This document shows, piece by piece, positions 26,217 to 38,691 of a stretch of DNA of 64,000 nt. Origin of the DNA: Macrostomum lignano (Eukaryota); NCBI GenBank assembly GCA_002269645.1, contig NIVC01000301.1, positions 480,460 to 544,459 of the forward strand, written 5' to 3'. The notes beneath the pieces were generated by a model that was not told the origin of the DNA, searched no databases, and was given only the letters and a program-made list of their open reading frames with translations. The first letter of the stretch is position 1. Every line of letters starts with the position of its first letter. Position numbers and translations under genes: made by a program.

Positions 26217-29066
26217 TCATGCTGTCCTTCGCTTTTGAATTTCATCATCGTGAAAGTACATCTGCTTCGCTAGACTTCCTCTGGTCTCGATAGTTTGGTA
26301 CATTTTGGTGCCGTCCGGCTTCTCAACTATTGGTGTGTCCGCCATGTGCGCCGCGAGCTTGTCGACGATCTCCTTCAGATGGAGTCTCCTTCTGTAGTCG
26401 GATATGAACCTGCACAAGTTTTCGATGAAAACTGTTCCTCTCTGGTGCCTGAATGAGGCATCGCCTTGAGAGGTGGAGTACACCTCCAGCAGGTCGGAGA
26501 GGTCTCTCTGATTGGTTTGTCTCGCTCCTCTAGGAGGAGTCTTAATTGCTTGGGCTCTGAGATCCTTCTGCAGACATCGGCAAGCCTGGGTGAAGAAGAC
26601 CTTCGGTTTTCCACGGAGGGAGGGGCAGCTAGTGATCGGATCGATGAGATTTTCCACACTGATGAGCTTCTTACCGGCACTTTCAGTTGCCGGGTTCGTT
26701 GGATTTCTGCCTGAAATGTAGGTTCTCCGTGTATCCATGTCGCTGCGGCCGTGAGCCGACACAATGCAAATAAAGGACGCTTTGGAGCTGTGGTCCTCTT
26801 TCCCTATGTCCTGCATTTTACTTTGAAGTTCTTTGGCTGTAGGATTCGAAATAAGACGGAACTTGTACCTTAAAGTGGTCTGAAAAAGGCTCAATAGCCG
26901 ATTCTGGTCGTACTCAATGGCCACCCTGTGAGCTTCATCGGACCAGATGGAGATGAAAACGACGATGCCGCGATAGCTGGCTCCAGTGATCATGGCAGGG
27001 TATCGCCACGTGCGCATCCTGTTAAAATGACAGTGCATGTTGATTGACGCTTGTCAATATCGTTTTAAGAGTACGCTTTAGAATTAACACACAGAGATGA
27101 CCGGTATAGGGAGTATAATTAGGCTAGGACTGAATATATTGATCCATAGACAGTCTTAAATCTACCAAGAATAAGTGAATGGGTGCTTACAACTTTTTAA
27201 TGAAATCGACCACAAGATGATGTCCCTTCTCGACTGCGAGGTCGATTGCTCTCTGATTGAAGCGATTTTTGTGGTTGAAATTGGCTCCCACTTTTGCTAG
27301 CAGTTGAACCATGTCCAGATGGCCCTTTTCGGCTGCCAAAGTGAACGCAGTGTTTCCATTCGCGTCCGTGTCCTCAAGATAGTTTGGTTTGTCAGCCTCA
27401 CAGTAGGATAGAAAAACCCTTAAAGCCTCCTTTCGATCAAGCTCGACAGCAAGGTGCAGAGGTGTTTTACCATCACTATTTTTGCACCCTAGACAGGCAT
27501 CCCCGCGTTCCTCCAGCAACAACTGAAGAAATTGGGCGTTTTGAAAGTGAACGGCCAAATGTGCCGCCGAATTTCCAGAGTTGCATTCCAGGAAAACATT
27601 TGATCGGTGTTTGAGCAAGTGCGTCACTATTTGTTTACGGCAGCGCCGTCGGATGGAACAAAGCATGAGAGGCGTGTGACCGTTCTCATCCTCCATGCAG
27701 TTTGGATCGGCCCCACATTGGAGAAGCTTCAAGACTGAATCCTGGCTGTTCGCCTCGACTGCGTGATGCAAGGCCGTCATTCCGTTCGTATCGCGCAGGT
27801 CCACGTGAGCACGCGCATCAACAAGATCCTGAATCATGCGAACGCGGTTGAACCTGGCTGCAGTCATGAGCAGACTGCACTGCTGCTCGTCACCGAATGA
27901 ATCCACGTTGTAAACCGTGCCTAGCAACTTTTTGAATTGATCTCGACAATTATTTTGAATAAGTTTGTACAAATTGCCTAATAGAGATGGATCTGAAATT
28001 GAGGGTTTATCTTCTGTTATACTGTTGCAATTCAGTCAGCACTATGTCTGTACTAGAAAAATTTGAAGTTGTTCTTTTCCATTGCAGATTTAATACTCAC
28101 CGCTTCTTAAGTCGGTGAGCTGCCGAACAATTTGCGATTGAGACCTAAAACAATAATTTTCTGTAGGTCAGTAAATACGGTACATAAGAGAATAAAAAAG
28201 TTGGTTTGCTAGCCACCGTCTCACCGTTTATCTTTGTAGAGCTTCTCGAGATATCGGACAATGTCCTGCCTCCCTCGCAGTCGGGCAATGTCGAGCGCTG
28301 TCATTCCTGCCCGATTTCGGTGCTCAATGTCCGCATTGGCTTCTTTCAGGAGTTTCAAATGCCGCACGCCACCACACCTCCCCGCCATTGTGAATGCGGT
28401 CTCTCCGTCGGTGCTGACTTTGTCTATACCTTCTTTCATTCTCTCGAGCAGAAGTTCAGTAATGATGGTAGATTTAAGCTTCGAAGCTAAAATCAGTGGC
28501 GTGCTGCCATTGTCATCAAAAACCGTCAGTTTGCACTTGTCGCTCTCGATGATCATTTTTGCTATCTCGACAGCATTGTTCTCGATGGCAATGTGCAATG
28601 CGGTTCTTCTGTTCTTGTCGCGCTTTCCTAAGTCAATGTCCGCATTAATAAGCCATCTGGCCAGTACGATATCTTTAGCTCTATCCTCACTCCTATTGTC
28701 GCAGCAGTACATAAGAGCATTGAACTCTTGGTTTTTATCCTGGACAGAAATATTCACGTCAAACTGCTCCCTTTCATCGACCAAGACTTTCGCGGCTTTC
28801 AGCTTACCAAACGAAGCTGCAAGGATCAGCGGAGTGCAGCCCCCTCCTCCTCTCTGACTGTTTGGGTCAGCTTTCTTCTGCAGGAGAAAGCGAACAACCT
28901 CTGGATTATCGCTCATCACAGCGAGGCCTAGCAGAGTCATGTTCGTTATTTTGTCGAAAAAGTTTGCTCCACGTATTCCGTGGGTGCGAATATACTTTTG
29001 CAGCTCTTGCAGGTCTCCATCGTAGGCAGCCTTCGACTGCCGCGGCAACTTGTCCAATTGGGACAT
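26217..29066 (-). CDS. Ankyrin-repeat-caspase fusion protein 1 (~829 aa; ANK block, linker, ANK block, caspase)
   Basis: Exons 29066-28225, 28144-28101, 27992-27191, 27018-26217; GT-AG, phases 2/1/2, total 2490 nt in frame. About 8+8 ankyrin repeats (TPLILAA, TALHIA, TAFTLAA). Caspase domain with KEDHSSKASFICIVSAHG (His codon 26751-26753) and GKPKVFFTQACR (Cys codon 26580-26582). Confidence 0.88.
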
Positions 29067-29984
29067 AGCCCGAAATGTCCTTCAGTGAACAGCAACGACG
29101 CCCTTCGAATCGGAGCATTAGGCTCCTACAGTTATATGCGCTCTTGTAGACAATAAGATTTGTAATGAGTGCATTTATATAGCCACTTTACAAATTGGAG
29201 CTAGACACTGAGATGAGTGGCAATTGTAGTATGTAAATCCAAGACCCCTTGAACAATGGCAGTAAAACCCTCGAGCAAGTGTCTGTCCCGCTATGTTGGC
29301 AAGACTATTATTGCGAGCCAGACGATGCTCAGCACTTGAGCCGATGCGAACATATTGCAAAAGTGCTGCTCTCTTTGCATCTCAAATCTCTCATGGCTGT
29401 TCCTAAAAGTGTAAGTATTTTGGAATATTACGCTGCAGTGACGCAGAGTTCCTTTTTTAATCCAATTCTGTGCTAGTGAGTCACTGCCTAATTGCTAATT
29501 TTATATTCACTGAACCGTCCTTTTAAAACTGCAAGTGTCATTTGATATGTCATTCCACAATGTTAGCTATTTAAAAATCATGACATCATGAAATCATGGC
29601 TTAAACCGCATGACAGTATTGTAATTTTGATTCGATAGGTCTGGGCTTGAGTTATTTCGAACTGCTGATGACTGAATGTCAAAAAGCATTTTTGGTGCAT
29701 CTTAGCTAGCCTTGCATCTCCCTAACTTACTCACGCTGTCACGCAGCACAGAAGTCAAGCAGTGTCGTTGAAGATAAATTACCGTAAGAAGAAAGAACCA
29801 TGAGCATGGAAAAGTGCCGTCACTCGTGGCTTCAGGGGTTTAAGTTGACCTGCGCTAGCTTCAGGGGCGCCAGCACCGTGGTTACCAGAAGGGGCGCTAA
29901 AACTATAAGGGAGGGCGACATATCCCGAGATACCTTTCCAGCCGATTAAGGGGCAAAGTGAAGGGGCAAAGCCTCTCTCACTCT

Positions 29985-30380
29985 CGTTAGGAGCATGCTT
30001 GGACTCAACCGCAGGGACATCATGGCGGTATCCACGACTCTCTCAGGTCAAGGGCGCCTCGCTAGGCATCGCTACTTCCAAAGGAAAAATGCGCGGAATA
30101 TGAGGAATGCCTGAGTTGTTGAGAATGCGGAGCACTTCATCTGTGAATGCCCCACCTTTACTAGAGACAGGCTTCACTACCTCGGCACACACCCGGATCT
30201 CTCCGACGTTTTCAAGCCTGAGTGACCATCCACCCCCTGGACTGACACTGGCATCACCGGATTTTCCCGTGCGGCACCGCACGCAGCACCAGCTGCCCGT
30301 GACCGCCAGGGGTTGGCAGAATGGGCGGCGAAGCCTACCGCAGCATCCTGGATGCCCTGAGCGCCTACAGCCAGGTAAAG
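29985..30380 (+). mobile_element. Degraded 3' end of a non-LTR retrotransposon ORF2, same family as 8510-9030
   Basis: GLNRRDIMAVSTTLSGQGRLARH...CLSC...ENAEHFICECPTFTRDRLHYLG; nucleotide similarity to the 8.5-9.0 kb copy. Confidence 0.72.
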
Positions 30381-31031
30381 TAAATCGAGAAGAGTGCAAA
30401 ACACTTTTTTTATAGAAATTGTAACGAATAGAATAAACAGTAAACAGTTTAACTCGGCTTGTAAATTCCACATCAAATCCATATATTTAAACATTCGTTT
30501 TATATAAATTTGGTTAGAAGAAATTGCAAAGTAGGTATTAACTATACGGTAGTTTATACCTAATCTTTTTATCGTAGCGATACAGTAAAATTTTACAAGC
30601 CATTTTAGATTGTGTACAAATTCAAAAGAAAGAAGAATAATATGTTTCGCATCGCATCAACTGAGAGATTTTTTAGTCAAGAGGCTAAGGGTATTGGCTT
30701 GGATACAATTATATTGCTTGCAAAGGCAAGCAAGCAAAGGCAATAGAGATATAAAGCATTAGAAGCGTCTGGTTTAAAATAACTGAATCGAGGATAGCGC
30801 TCACATCGCCGTAAGGCCCAGTAAAGAGAGTTTTTCTATGTGAAGAAGCCTTTATTGCCACGCCTATAGTGCCCGCACTAATAAAAAGGCCGTTCTATAA
30901 AATCATTCGGAACTATTTCTGTCCATGACGAATTGTTTCGTTAGTTAAGCTAGAGCCCGTTAGTTAAGCCTCCTTACCGAAACTGTTGTATTGAGTAGAA
31001 AAGTTTAAATGTTCTAAAACTCTAGAATGAT

Positions 31032-33774
31032 TCACGGAAAGAAGAACACACGCTTTGGCAGGTTACCCTTGATTTGAACAGTTTGGTAGTTCTCGTCTTC
31101 ATCGCTGAAACTGACGGACTTCTCGTTGAGGTGGTCCGCAAGTCTGTCAACAATATCTCGCAAATGCTCCGTGTCCATGTACTCCCACATATACTGGCAG
31201 AACTCCTGCAAGAAAAGCGTGCCTCTTTGGTGTCTGAAGGCCGCATCGCCGCGCGAAGTCGCATGCACTTCGAGCAAGTCAGCTGATTGTCTCTGGTTTG
31301 GTTGCCTTGTCCTTTTAGCCGTTTTGACCGCCTTTTGCCTGAGACCGGTCTGGAAGGTTCGGCACGCCTGATAAAAGAAAATCTTCGGTTTGCCTCTGAG
31401 AGTTCGGTTATTCGATATTGGCTCAGTGAAGTTTTCCAGACTGATCAGCTGCTTGCCGGCGCTTTCGGTTCTGGGGTTGATGGGTTCCATGCCACACATG
31501 TAGTCCTTGTTTGTCTCTTCGTCACTGCTTCCGTGGGACGATACAAAGCACACAAATGAGGCGCTCGATGAAAAGTCTCTTTCCTGCAAATCTAGCATGA
31601 GCTCCTGCATTTTCTTGGCCGTTAGATTCGTATACGGAATAAACTTATATTTGAGTTCCGTTTGGAACAGCTCTCGAACACTGTTCTCATCGTAGCCCAT
31701 TGCTAAACTGCGGTCACTATATGGGTCATTTGCAATGTAGATGCAAGTGCCCGGATGGCTGCTGCCCGGCATCTTGAACGGGTATCGCCCAATGATTTGC
31801 AGTCTGCAGGTGTTTATAAACAAAGCGATCAAAATTATGACGTTTACGGTCTTGTGTTTATTACAAGAATGACACAAATTAGAAACAGAACTGAGAGTGC
31901 TCACCGTTTTTTAATAAACTTGATTACATCGTCACTTTTTGATACCTTGATAGCGTCTTCACTATGCTTATTTTTGTGGCGCAAGTCGGCTCCAGCATCG
32001 GCCAGAAGCTGAACACTTCTCAGGTCTTCCATCTTAGCAGCCAATGTAAAAGCCGTGTTGCCATCCGAATCCGTCGCTTCCAGGAAATCTCGAAGCTGAC
32101 TGTCTCGTTCACTCTCGGGCATTTTCGCTACATCAACATTAATTTTTCTTAAAATCGCTTCTAGCGCCTCCCGGCACTTGAGACTCACTGCCAGCATAAG
32201 GGGAGTGAACAAGTCACTGTTTGTGTTTGAGAGGCTTTCTTTGGCATTTTGGCGTAGCAGTTGTTGCACTAAGTATTTTTTATTGGTGCGTACTGCGAGA
32301 TGGATCACAGTTTCGTTAGAACGCTTGCATCGTTGAGTTAAATTGATATTGTAACGTAGAAGGAGTTTCGCTGCTTCGATGAGACGTGCTTGAACGGATT
32401 TCTTCTTGCACTCTGTCAACTCGTTCATGCACATCATCAGTGGAGTGAAGCCATCAACCGAGTCTTTAATATTTGGATCTGCCTTCAGTCTCAGTAGCTC
32501 CTCTGTGATATTGCGGCTTTCCGCTAGCACGGCGTGATGCAGCGTTGTCCGGCCGTTCTCGTCGGTTTTGTTCACATCGGCACCCTGCTTCACGAGATAT
32601 TTCACGACAGCTATGAACTTGGAGTCAACGGCAGCCTTGAGAAGATCTGTCAGCAGTTTTTTATTTAAAACTTCTTTATCTCGCAGGATTCTGACAAGGT
32701 CTTGAATTTCACGAAAACCGTTCTTCCTATCACTCGTCCTTTTTATCAGATCGTGCAGCGCGCTTTTAATTTCAGCGTCTGAAAATCCGGAATGGAGAAA
32801 AAAGTAGCTTGGGAATCTAGCAGAATTGAAAGAAACCCGGTTCATAAAAACATACCAGTCCGCCTGTCTCTTTCCAGTTTGATAACTGCGGCTAATTCAC
32901 TTGTTGTCTCATCGGAAGGTCTGCGGTCTGTATGACTGGCAGATGCAACAGATCTGGATTGCTGACTTCTCTGGGTGCAAGGACCACTAGAAAGTACCGT
33001 TGTACGACCATTACTTCTAGCGGTCCTTGTTTGAGTGTTCTCTTCCGACCTGCAGTTTTAAATTCATTGAGTACATGCTTGACTCTGATCTTTTCCGTAG
33101 TACACAATTTCAAAGTACGCATAAATACATTTAGTTTCGTACCTGGCGCTCACAGACAATGATCTCAGGTACTTAGCTATCGCGCCTCTATTCAGACGTT
33201 CAGCGATAGCGAGTGCAGTCTCTCCGTTGTTATTCTTATGAGAAATGTCGACACCAGCTTTGTATAGAAGTTTGACCTGTTCCAGCTTACCGCGAGCTGC
33301 CGCAACTGTAAATGCCGTGTCACCATCGTCGTTTTTCCAGTTAATCGATGCCTGCACATCGGAATGCAACAATAAAACCTTAGTCACTGTTTGAAGCCCC
33401 TCTACTGAAGCCAGAATCAAAGGTGTATTTTTCTTATTATTCGCCGTCGTCAGGCATTTGCTGCACTCGCTGCTATCAATAAGCATGCGAACTATCTCCA
33501 GAGCACGAGTTCCAATTGCAATATGCAAAGCCGTGCTACCCTCTTTGTCCTGCTTGTCAAGGTCAATGCCTTCTTTAATAAGAAGCTCAGCTGTCTGGAC
33601 ATTCACTGCCAAAAGAGTCTGGACAAAAGAGTTTGAGACTGCTCTGGTGAGTAGGTGCATGTCGCTTTTCTTGTCATAGTACCTCGCTTTCACCTTCTTG
33701 TTTTTAATGCATCTTTCAAGCTGCTCGAGATTTCCAGAATCAACCAACTGAAAAAGAGTTGGTCGTGAGCTCAT
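31032..33774 (-). CDS. Ankyrin-repeat-caspase fusion protein 2 (~823 aa)
   Basis: Exons 33774-33143, 33049-32856, 32778-31905, 31803-31032; GT-AG, phases 2/1/2 as in copy 1, total 2472 nt in frame. Caspase motifs FVCFVSSHG (His 31533-31535) and GKPKIFFYQACR (Cys 31362-31364). Confidence 0.88.
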
Positions 33775-35255
33775 GGCTTGTCAGTATAGCTTTATGTTTG
33801 TCAGAAATGATGTTCTGGCAACCTAACTCATATCCAGCCCCCCCTTTTAAGTGCGCAGACAGTTCGCACAACCGAATGAAAAATTACCGTTAAATTTTCT
33901 CGCCCCTCTAATAATAGAATTTTTGCGTTTTTCCAGGTATAATTGAAGTAGTTTAGAAACAGTAGCAGCTGCAGCGGTAGTCAGATGAGTCAGACATTTA
34001 TCTAAGAATAGAAGTGACTCAGAACCTTGTCTGAAGTCTATTACGCAGCTGACTTAAAGTACAAGCGTAGGTCGCTTTTTGTGGGGCTCTATCACGGATC
34101 AAGTAAAATCGACCAAAGGTTCTTGGAGGCACATTATTAAACTTACAAGTGTAACGCATCTTGGCTCTAGATGCACCTAAAAGCACCTGATGACAACTGG
34201 AAGACTTAGTCGTCCTAAAAACCAACGTCCTTGAGCCATTGCATTTGCGGAGCCATTCATTCTACGAGACTCGGCAAACTCGAATTTGCACATCTGTGCA
34301 AGCAGTGCTGACACCTCCTGGCATCGCGGTCAGACCACCAGTCTGCGGATGACCTCGGTTGGCTTGGACAGCCGGGCCTCGGCCGCGGCAGCCATGATCA
34401 GCACAATGGCAGGGACACACGGAGGGAAGCGCTGCAAGTTTACGCTCATATTTTTGTGTTTTGGAGCAGAAAGTGGCGGCTTTAACCTGCAGGCGGTAGA
34501 GGCAACAGTAAATATTGAGCATCTGTAGGACAATAGTCATCATGATGTACATTATCTCCGAAGTAAAGATAAATTATCCAACAAAATTCAATAACAACAA
34601 CAGATTCAAGAATAGCATTTGATGACTAATCCGATAACATGTTCCACGGCAAGTTGCCTGTCCTTGCCAGCACCATTCCCAGTGAGTCTCTAACATGATC
34701 TCCAATATGATTTTGATTTTAAACTTTAACATTAAAATTTCAAAGATGCTAATATCTCCTACAATGAAGAGTGACGCAGTGTTGTAACTAATGTGATGCT
34801 TCTGACTTCAAATAATCACAGTTGTCTGCTTCTATATTTATTTCCTGCACCGATGACTAACTGTAATCTGGGGTGCGCTTTTCTGATCTATGCGACAGGC
34901 TTTTCATTTTCATAACTTGAAATCACTTTAATAGCCACTGTAGCCGCTATATTAAAAAGATGATTTGTGCCCCGACTGACCGAAACTCCCAATCGAAAGC
35001 TGAGTTAGTTCCGCTGTGTGAAGCAGGAGTGAGCAGGGTGAGCAGTGAGTCTAGATAAGCCAGCAATTTGCAAACTGATGGCCCACTTCCTACACAGTAA
35101 AATAGGAGTGCTGACGCTGGGGCAGCAAGTGCGGAAGTGTGCACAGAACTGGCGGATATAAATTCACAAAATTTGAAAGGAATTGTCGTTACTGTTTGCT
35201 TATATTTTTCTCGTTGATTTTCTGCTTCATTCTACCATTGGAAACAGAAGACGGC

Positions 35256-36956
35256 ATGCTGAAAGCAAACTTTTTCATTTTGTTACTCATTTTCACTGGA
35301 TGCAACTCAGGTAGGCGTTGCATGGGAGCGCATGTTGCTCGTGTTTCCACAAACATTTTTCTGATAGTCACGATGCCGAATTCTGGCTTGTACGACTAAG
35401 GCTAGCTCAAGAGTCAGCGAACTTGGCAGAACTGCCTCCCAGTTGGTTGTGGAACGATGTCGCCAGGTGTCCGCCAACAACCATCTTGCCATATAGTAAT
35501 CACAAGGACAACTGAAGCAACATATACACAGGACGCGACACTCGCGTTTTATGTGAAAAGTTTTGAAGGCCACTTTCGCCGAAAAATACACTACGGAGAG
35601 AGGAATTTTTCATTTTTTCAGCACAAAAATTGTTCTTGGTTTTGATAGGACGCAGACACAATGTTCATCTTTTGATATGTTGTGCCTTTCTTATTGCTCT
35701 ATTGATATTTATAAAGCTTTTTGTTCAGAAAATTAGGATGCTGTTAATTCTTTATTCTACGTACACTTCCTGTACCTATAAAATATTAAAAAGCATGGAA
35801 CACCTCGAATCTTTGGTTTTATGAATTGATTTTATCATCTCTGTTACACATATTGTTACACAGTCGGCTAAGAATAACAAAATAGATTCATAAAATTAAT
35901 GAGCTGAGGCTTTTAGGCACCGGACATTTACAATTGTTCGTAGAATAAAAAATTAACACAGAATCCTAATTTTCTAAACGAAAAGCTTTATGAATATCGA
36001 TAGAGCAATAAGACAGGCACAGCATATCAAAAGATGAACTTTGGTCTGCCTCCTATCAAAACTAATAACAAATTTTTGTGCTGAACAAATGAAAACTTCC
36101 TATCTCCATAGTGTATTTTTCGGGCGAAAAGTGGCCTTCAAAACATTTCCAGAAACTTCGAATGTCGCGTCCTTCTACTTAAGACTTCTCCTTGACTTAT
36201 CATAGTTATAAACAGTACTTATGTCTCTATGACTGCTGCAAATTGGTTCACCATAAACCCTGAAATGGACGGTAACCTGATTTGATTCTGAAGTCAAGTC
36301 TTGTTGGCCATTTTACAGACGCACACAGAATTCACCATACGCGAAAATTCTTCACCATTTTGCAATCAATTGCAATTGATATTTCAGATTTAGCGTTGTT
36401 AGGAAACGTCAGTAACTCCAACTGGTGCACGGACGTGATGAACCCCACGATGGACTATCTGCTCGGCAGCAGCTTCCTTCGGTCTGCTATCAGGAACGAG
36501 TCGATTGCCACGGATACGTTCAGCGCCATGGGCATTACAATTTCCAATATGCAGCTCAGTGGCGTTGAGAGGCTGGAGCGGTACGGGAATCTCTACACCA
36601 TCGTGCGTTCCGGGCAGTTCCTGATTGTGCAAGGCGCTATCCGCGCTGTCGAAGTGTCCACCAGCTTCATGGCCAAGTTCTCCTTCTTCAGTCCAGACGC
36701 AATCCAGTTGGTGACGCGAGGCGCCGTCATTCAATTCGGCTTGCAGGTCCGACTTCAGACTGGTGAGAGAGCGGCGCTGATGTCGCTTGAAGTGACTGAC
36801 CTGGGCCGCGTTGAGGTCGCCGGCTCGGGCCGGCTGAGCTCGATAATCCGCAAGGCGACGGGGAATTCGCTGACGCGTAGCCGCATTTCCAAGGCGATCG
36901 GCAGTGTGCTGAGGCTCACGATCACTGAGAAGCTTCAGCAGAATCCGCTGCTGTGA
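35256..36956 (+). CDS. Secreted ~207-aa protein, probable TULIP-superfamily (group-7-allergen/JHBP-like) lipid-binding fold
   Basis: Signal-peptide exon 35256-35310 (MLKANFFILLLIFTGCNS, phase 1) joins in frame to 36388-36956. LSGVERLERYGN resembles the GLSxLxRxGD motif of group-7 allergen proteins, followed by alternating beta-strands and a C-terminal amphipathic helix. The gene model is better supported than the fold call. Confidence 0.7.
35503..36194. mobile_element. MITE/foldback element with long TIRs, diverged copy (in intron of the secreted-protein gene)
   Basis: Ends CAAGGAC.../...GTCCTTCTACTTAAGACTTCTCCTTG; arms align with the element at 38692-39388. Confidence 0.75.
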
Positions 36957-37849
36957 TTTTAATGCCTTTAGAGTTACTGCTGCCTGTGTATTAGCTAATG
37001 CACTTAGGAGCAACTTGGTAACGCACAGTCAAATGCATGCAAGCACGAATTTCCTTCATGCAATGATGAAATCGCAATTGTTATATGAAGCTAACTTAAT
37101 TCGGTAAAAATAGTAAATGTAGAAGTTAAAAGTTGCGGTGTGAAGATATTACTTTATAGTCCTATTGCAGTCCCTATATCACTCATATTACTCATGCGAT
37201 TTGTTATTTGGAGTTTCAATCAGTCAGCCACGAGTGCGGATCGTGATTTCAAGAGGACGTCAATTGTGAGAGGTTGATGGGTGGAAGCAGCAAATTCAAA
37301 GGGCAAAAAGTAATCCTTCGTAGTCATGCCAGCAGTACATCATAATGTCGCACGCAGCTTGCATAACCATATAAAATTCCATGCCAACTGGAAAGCCTAT
37401 GTCTTTCTACGACTTTCTACGTCTTTCTACGTACAAAACATACTAATACATGTTTAAGACCTAGAGAAGTTACTTGTCCTTGAGCCATCCCATTTGCAGA
37501 GCCATTATACGAGGCTTTAAAAACTCGTACGAGTATTGCACATCTGCGCAACCACCAATGCAAGGATGAACTCAGTTGGCTCGGACGGCCGCGCCAGCCA
37601 GCACGATCAGCACAACAACACGATCAGCACGATCAGCACAATCAGCGCAACCGGCGAGGGCGACTCCGTGGAGCAGCCAGACGATCTCCACCGTTTCATC
37701 GAAGAAACGCGCTATCTGCCAATCGACGCTAATCATTATCTTTATTGACTTCCGAAAGCGTTCGATTCGGTTTCGACAGCCGCATTACCTTTCGTCCTGC
37801 AGGCCTATCGGGTTGCACAGTAGCTGACTGACGCCAAATATGTTGTTGT

Positions 37850-38350
37850 TGCACTGCACGGCACAAAAGCTGGTGTTGCGATAGCGGTTCGCCTGTTCGA
37901 CATGTTCGACCCCTCGTCTGGTGTTCTGCAGGGTGACACGCTGGCGCAGTTTCTCTTTTAGGCTGGTGATGGCTTCTTGCAGCCTGCTATGGCTTGGCTT
38001 CGCTCTACTGTAATCATCTGTTGAAGGCGCCCAGCGCCAGATTGGTTAATAAGCTCAAGACCGCGAGGTGTTCACTGTGCCGGCTGACATCCCAGCGGAT
38101 CTGACATGCCGCAGCGAAGACCACACTCGCACGCTGCCAGGGGTGCACCTATCTGGGCGGTCTGCTGCCTCCCGTAGAGGACATCTGGCGGCGCAGAGGA
38201 CTCGCCTGGGCGGCCTGTGCTGCCCGACCAAAAAGGGCACGGCTGTGGCAGGCGGTGGTCGATCGAGACTGTCCTGTGTCGATACGTGGACTGCCTGCAG
38301 TGCACTGCTGAAGCTTCCGGCAACCGCTGGCAGGGCGGACTTCGTCGCAC
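37850..38350 (+). mobile_element. Degraded non-LTR (RTE-like) reverse transcriptase fragment
   Basis: SGVLQGDTLAQFLF (RT QG motif) and later TYLGGLL (YLG motif), with stops and shifts. Confidence 0.65.
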
Positions 38351-38691
38351 CTTAACCGCTTTACCCTGGTCTTTTGTTGTTGTTGCTGCTGGGGGAGCAA
38401 CACGTATACTGTACATGTACGCGCGCATTAGGCAAAGCCTTGCATTACATATAGCGTATAGTACATCAACATCAAGGACTTCCTTGACTATATTATACGA
38501 GTATTATATTCCTTGTTTATAACAAAGTCTTCCTTGATAAAAAAATTATAAACTTTTAGGCTCCGCTGAAATGGGCTCTAGGCTGTATTGATTGCAGATT
38601 GGCGAGACAGTTAACAGATAAAGGACAACTTTTTGGGATACTGTCTATAGGGCACTAGGACCTCCATTGCACTTACAATACATATATATAC

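Noticed and set aside
27187-28224. Programmed ANK-only decoy isoforms from stops right at the donors
   Set aside because: A phase-2 GTRA donor creates TGA/TAA automatically, and I found no intronic AATAAA on the coding strand of the introns I checked.
26217-33774. Operon of six stand-alone single-exon ANK and caspase genes
   Set aside because: The ORF stops coincide with GTRAG donors, and all junctions splice in frame with the same phases in both copies, so two four-exon genes are more parsimonious.
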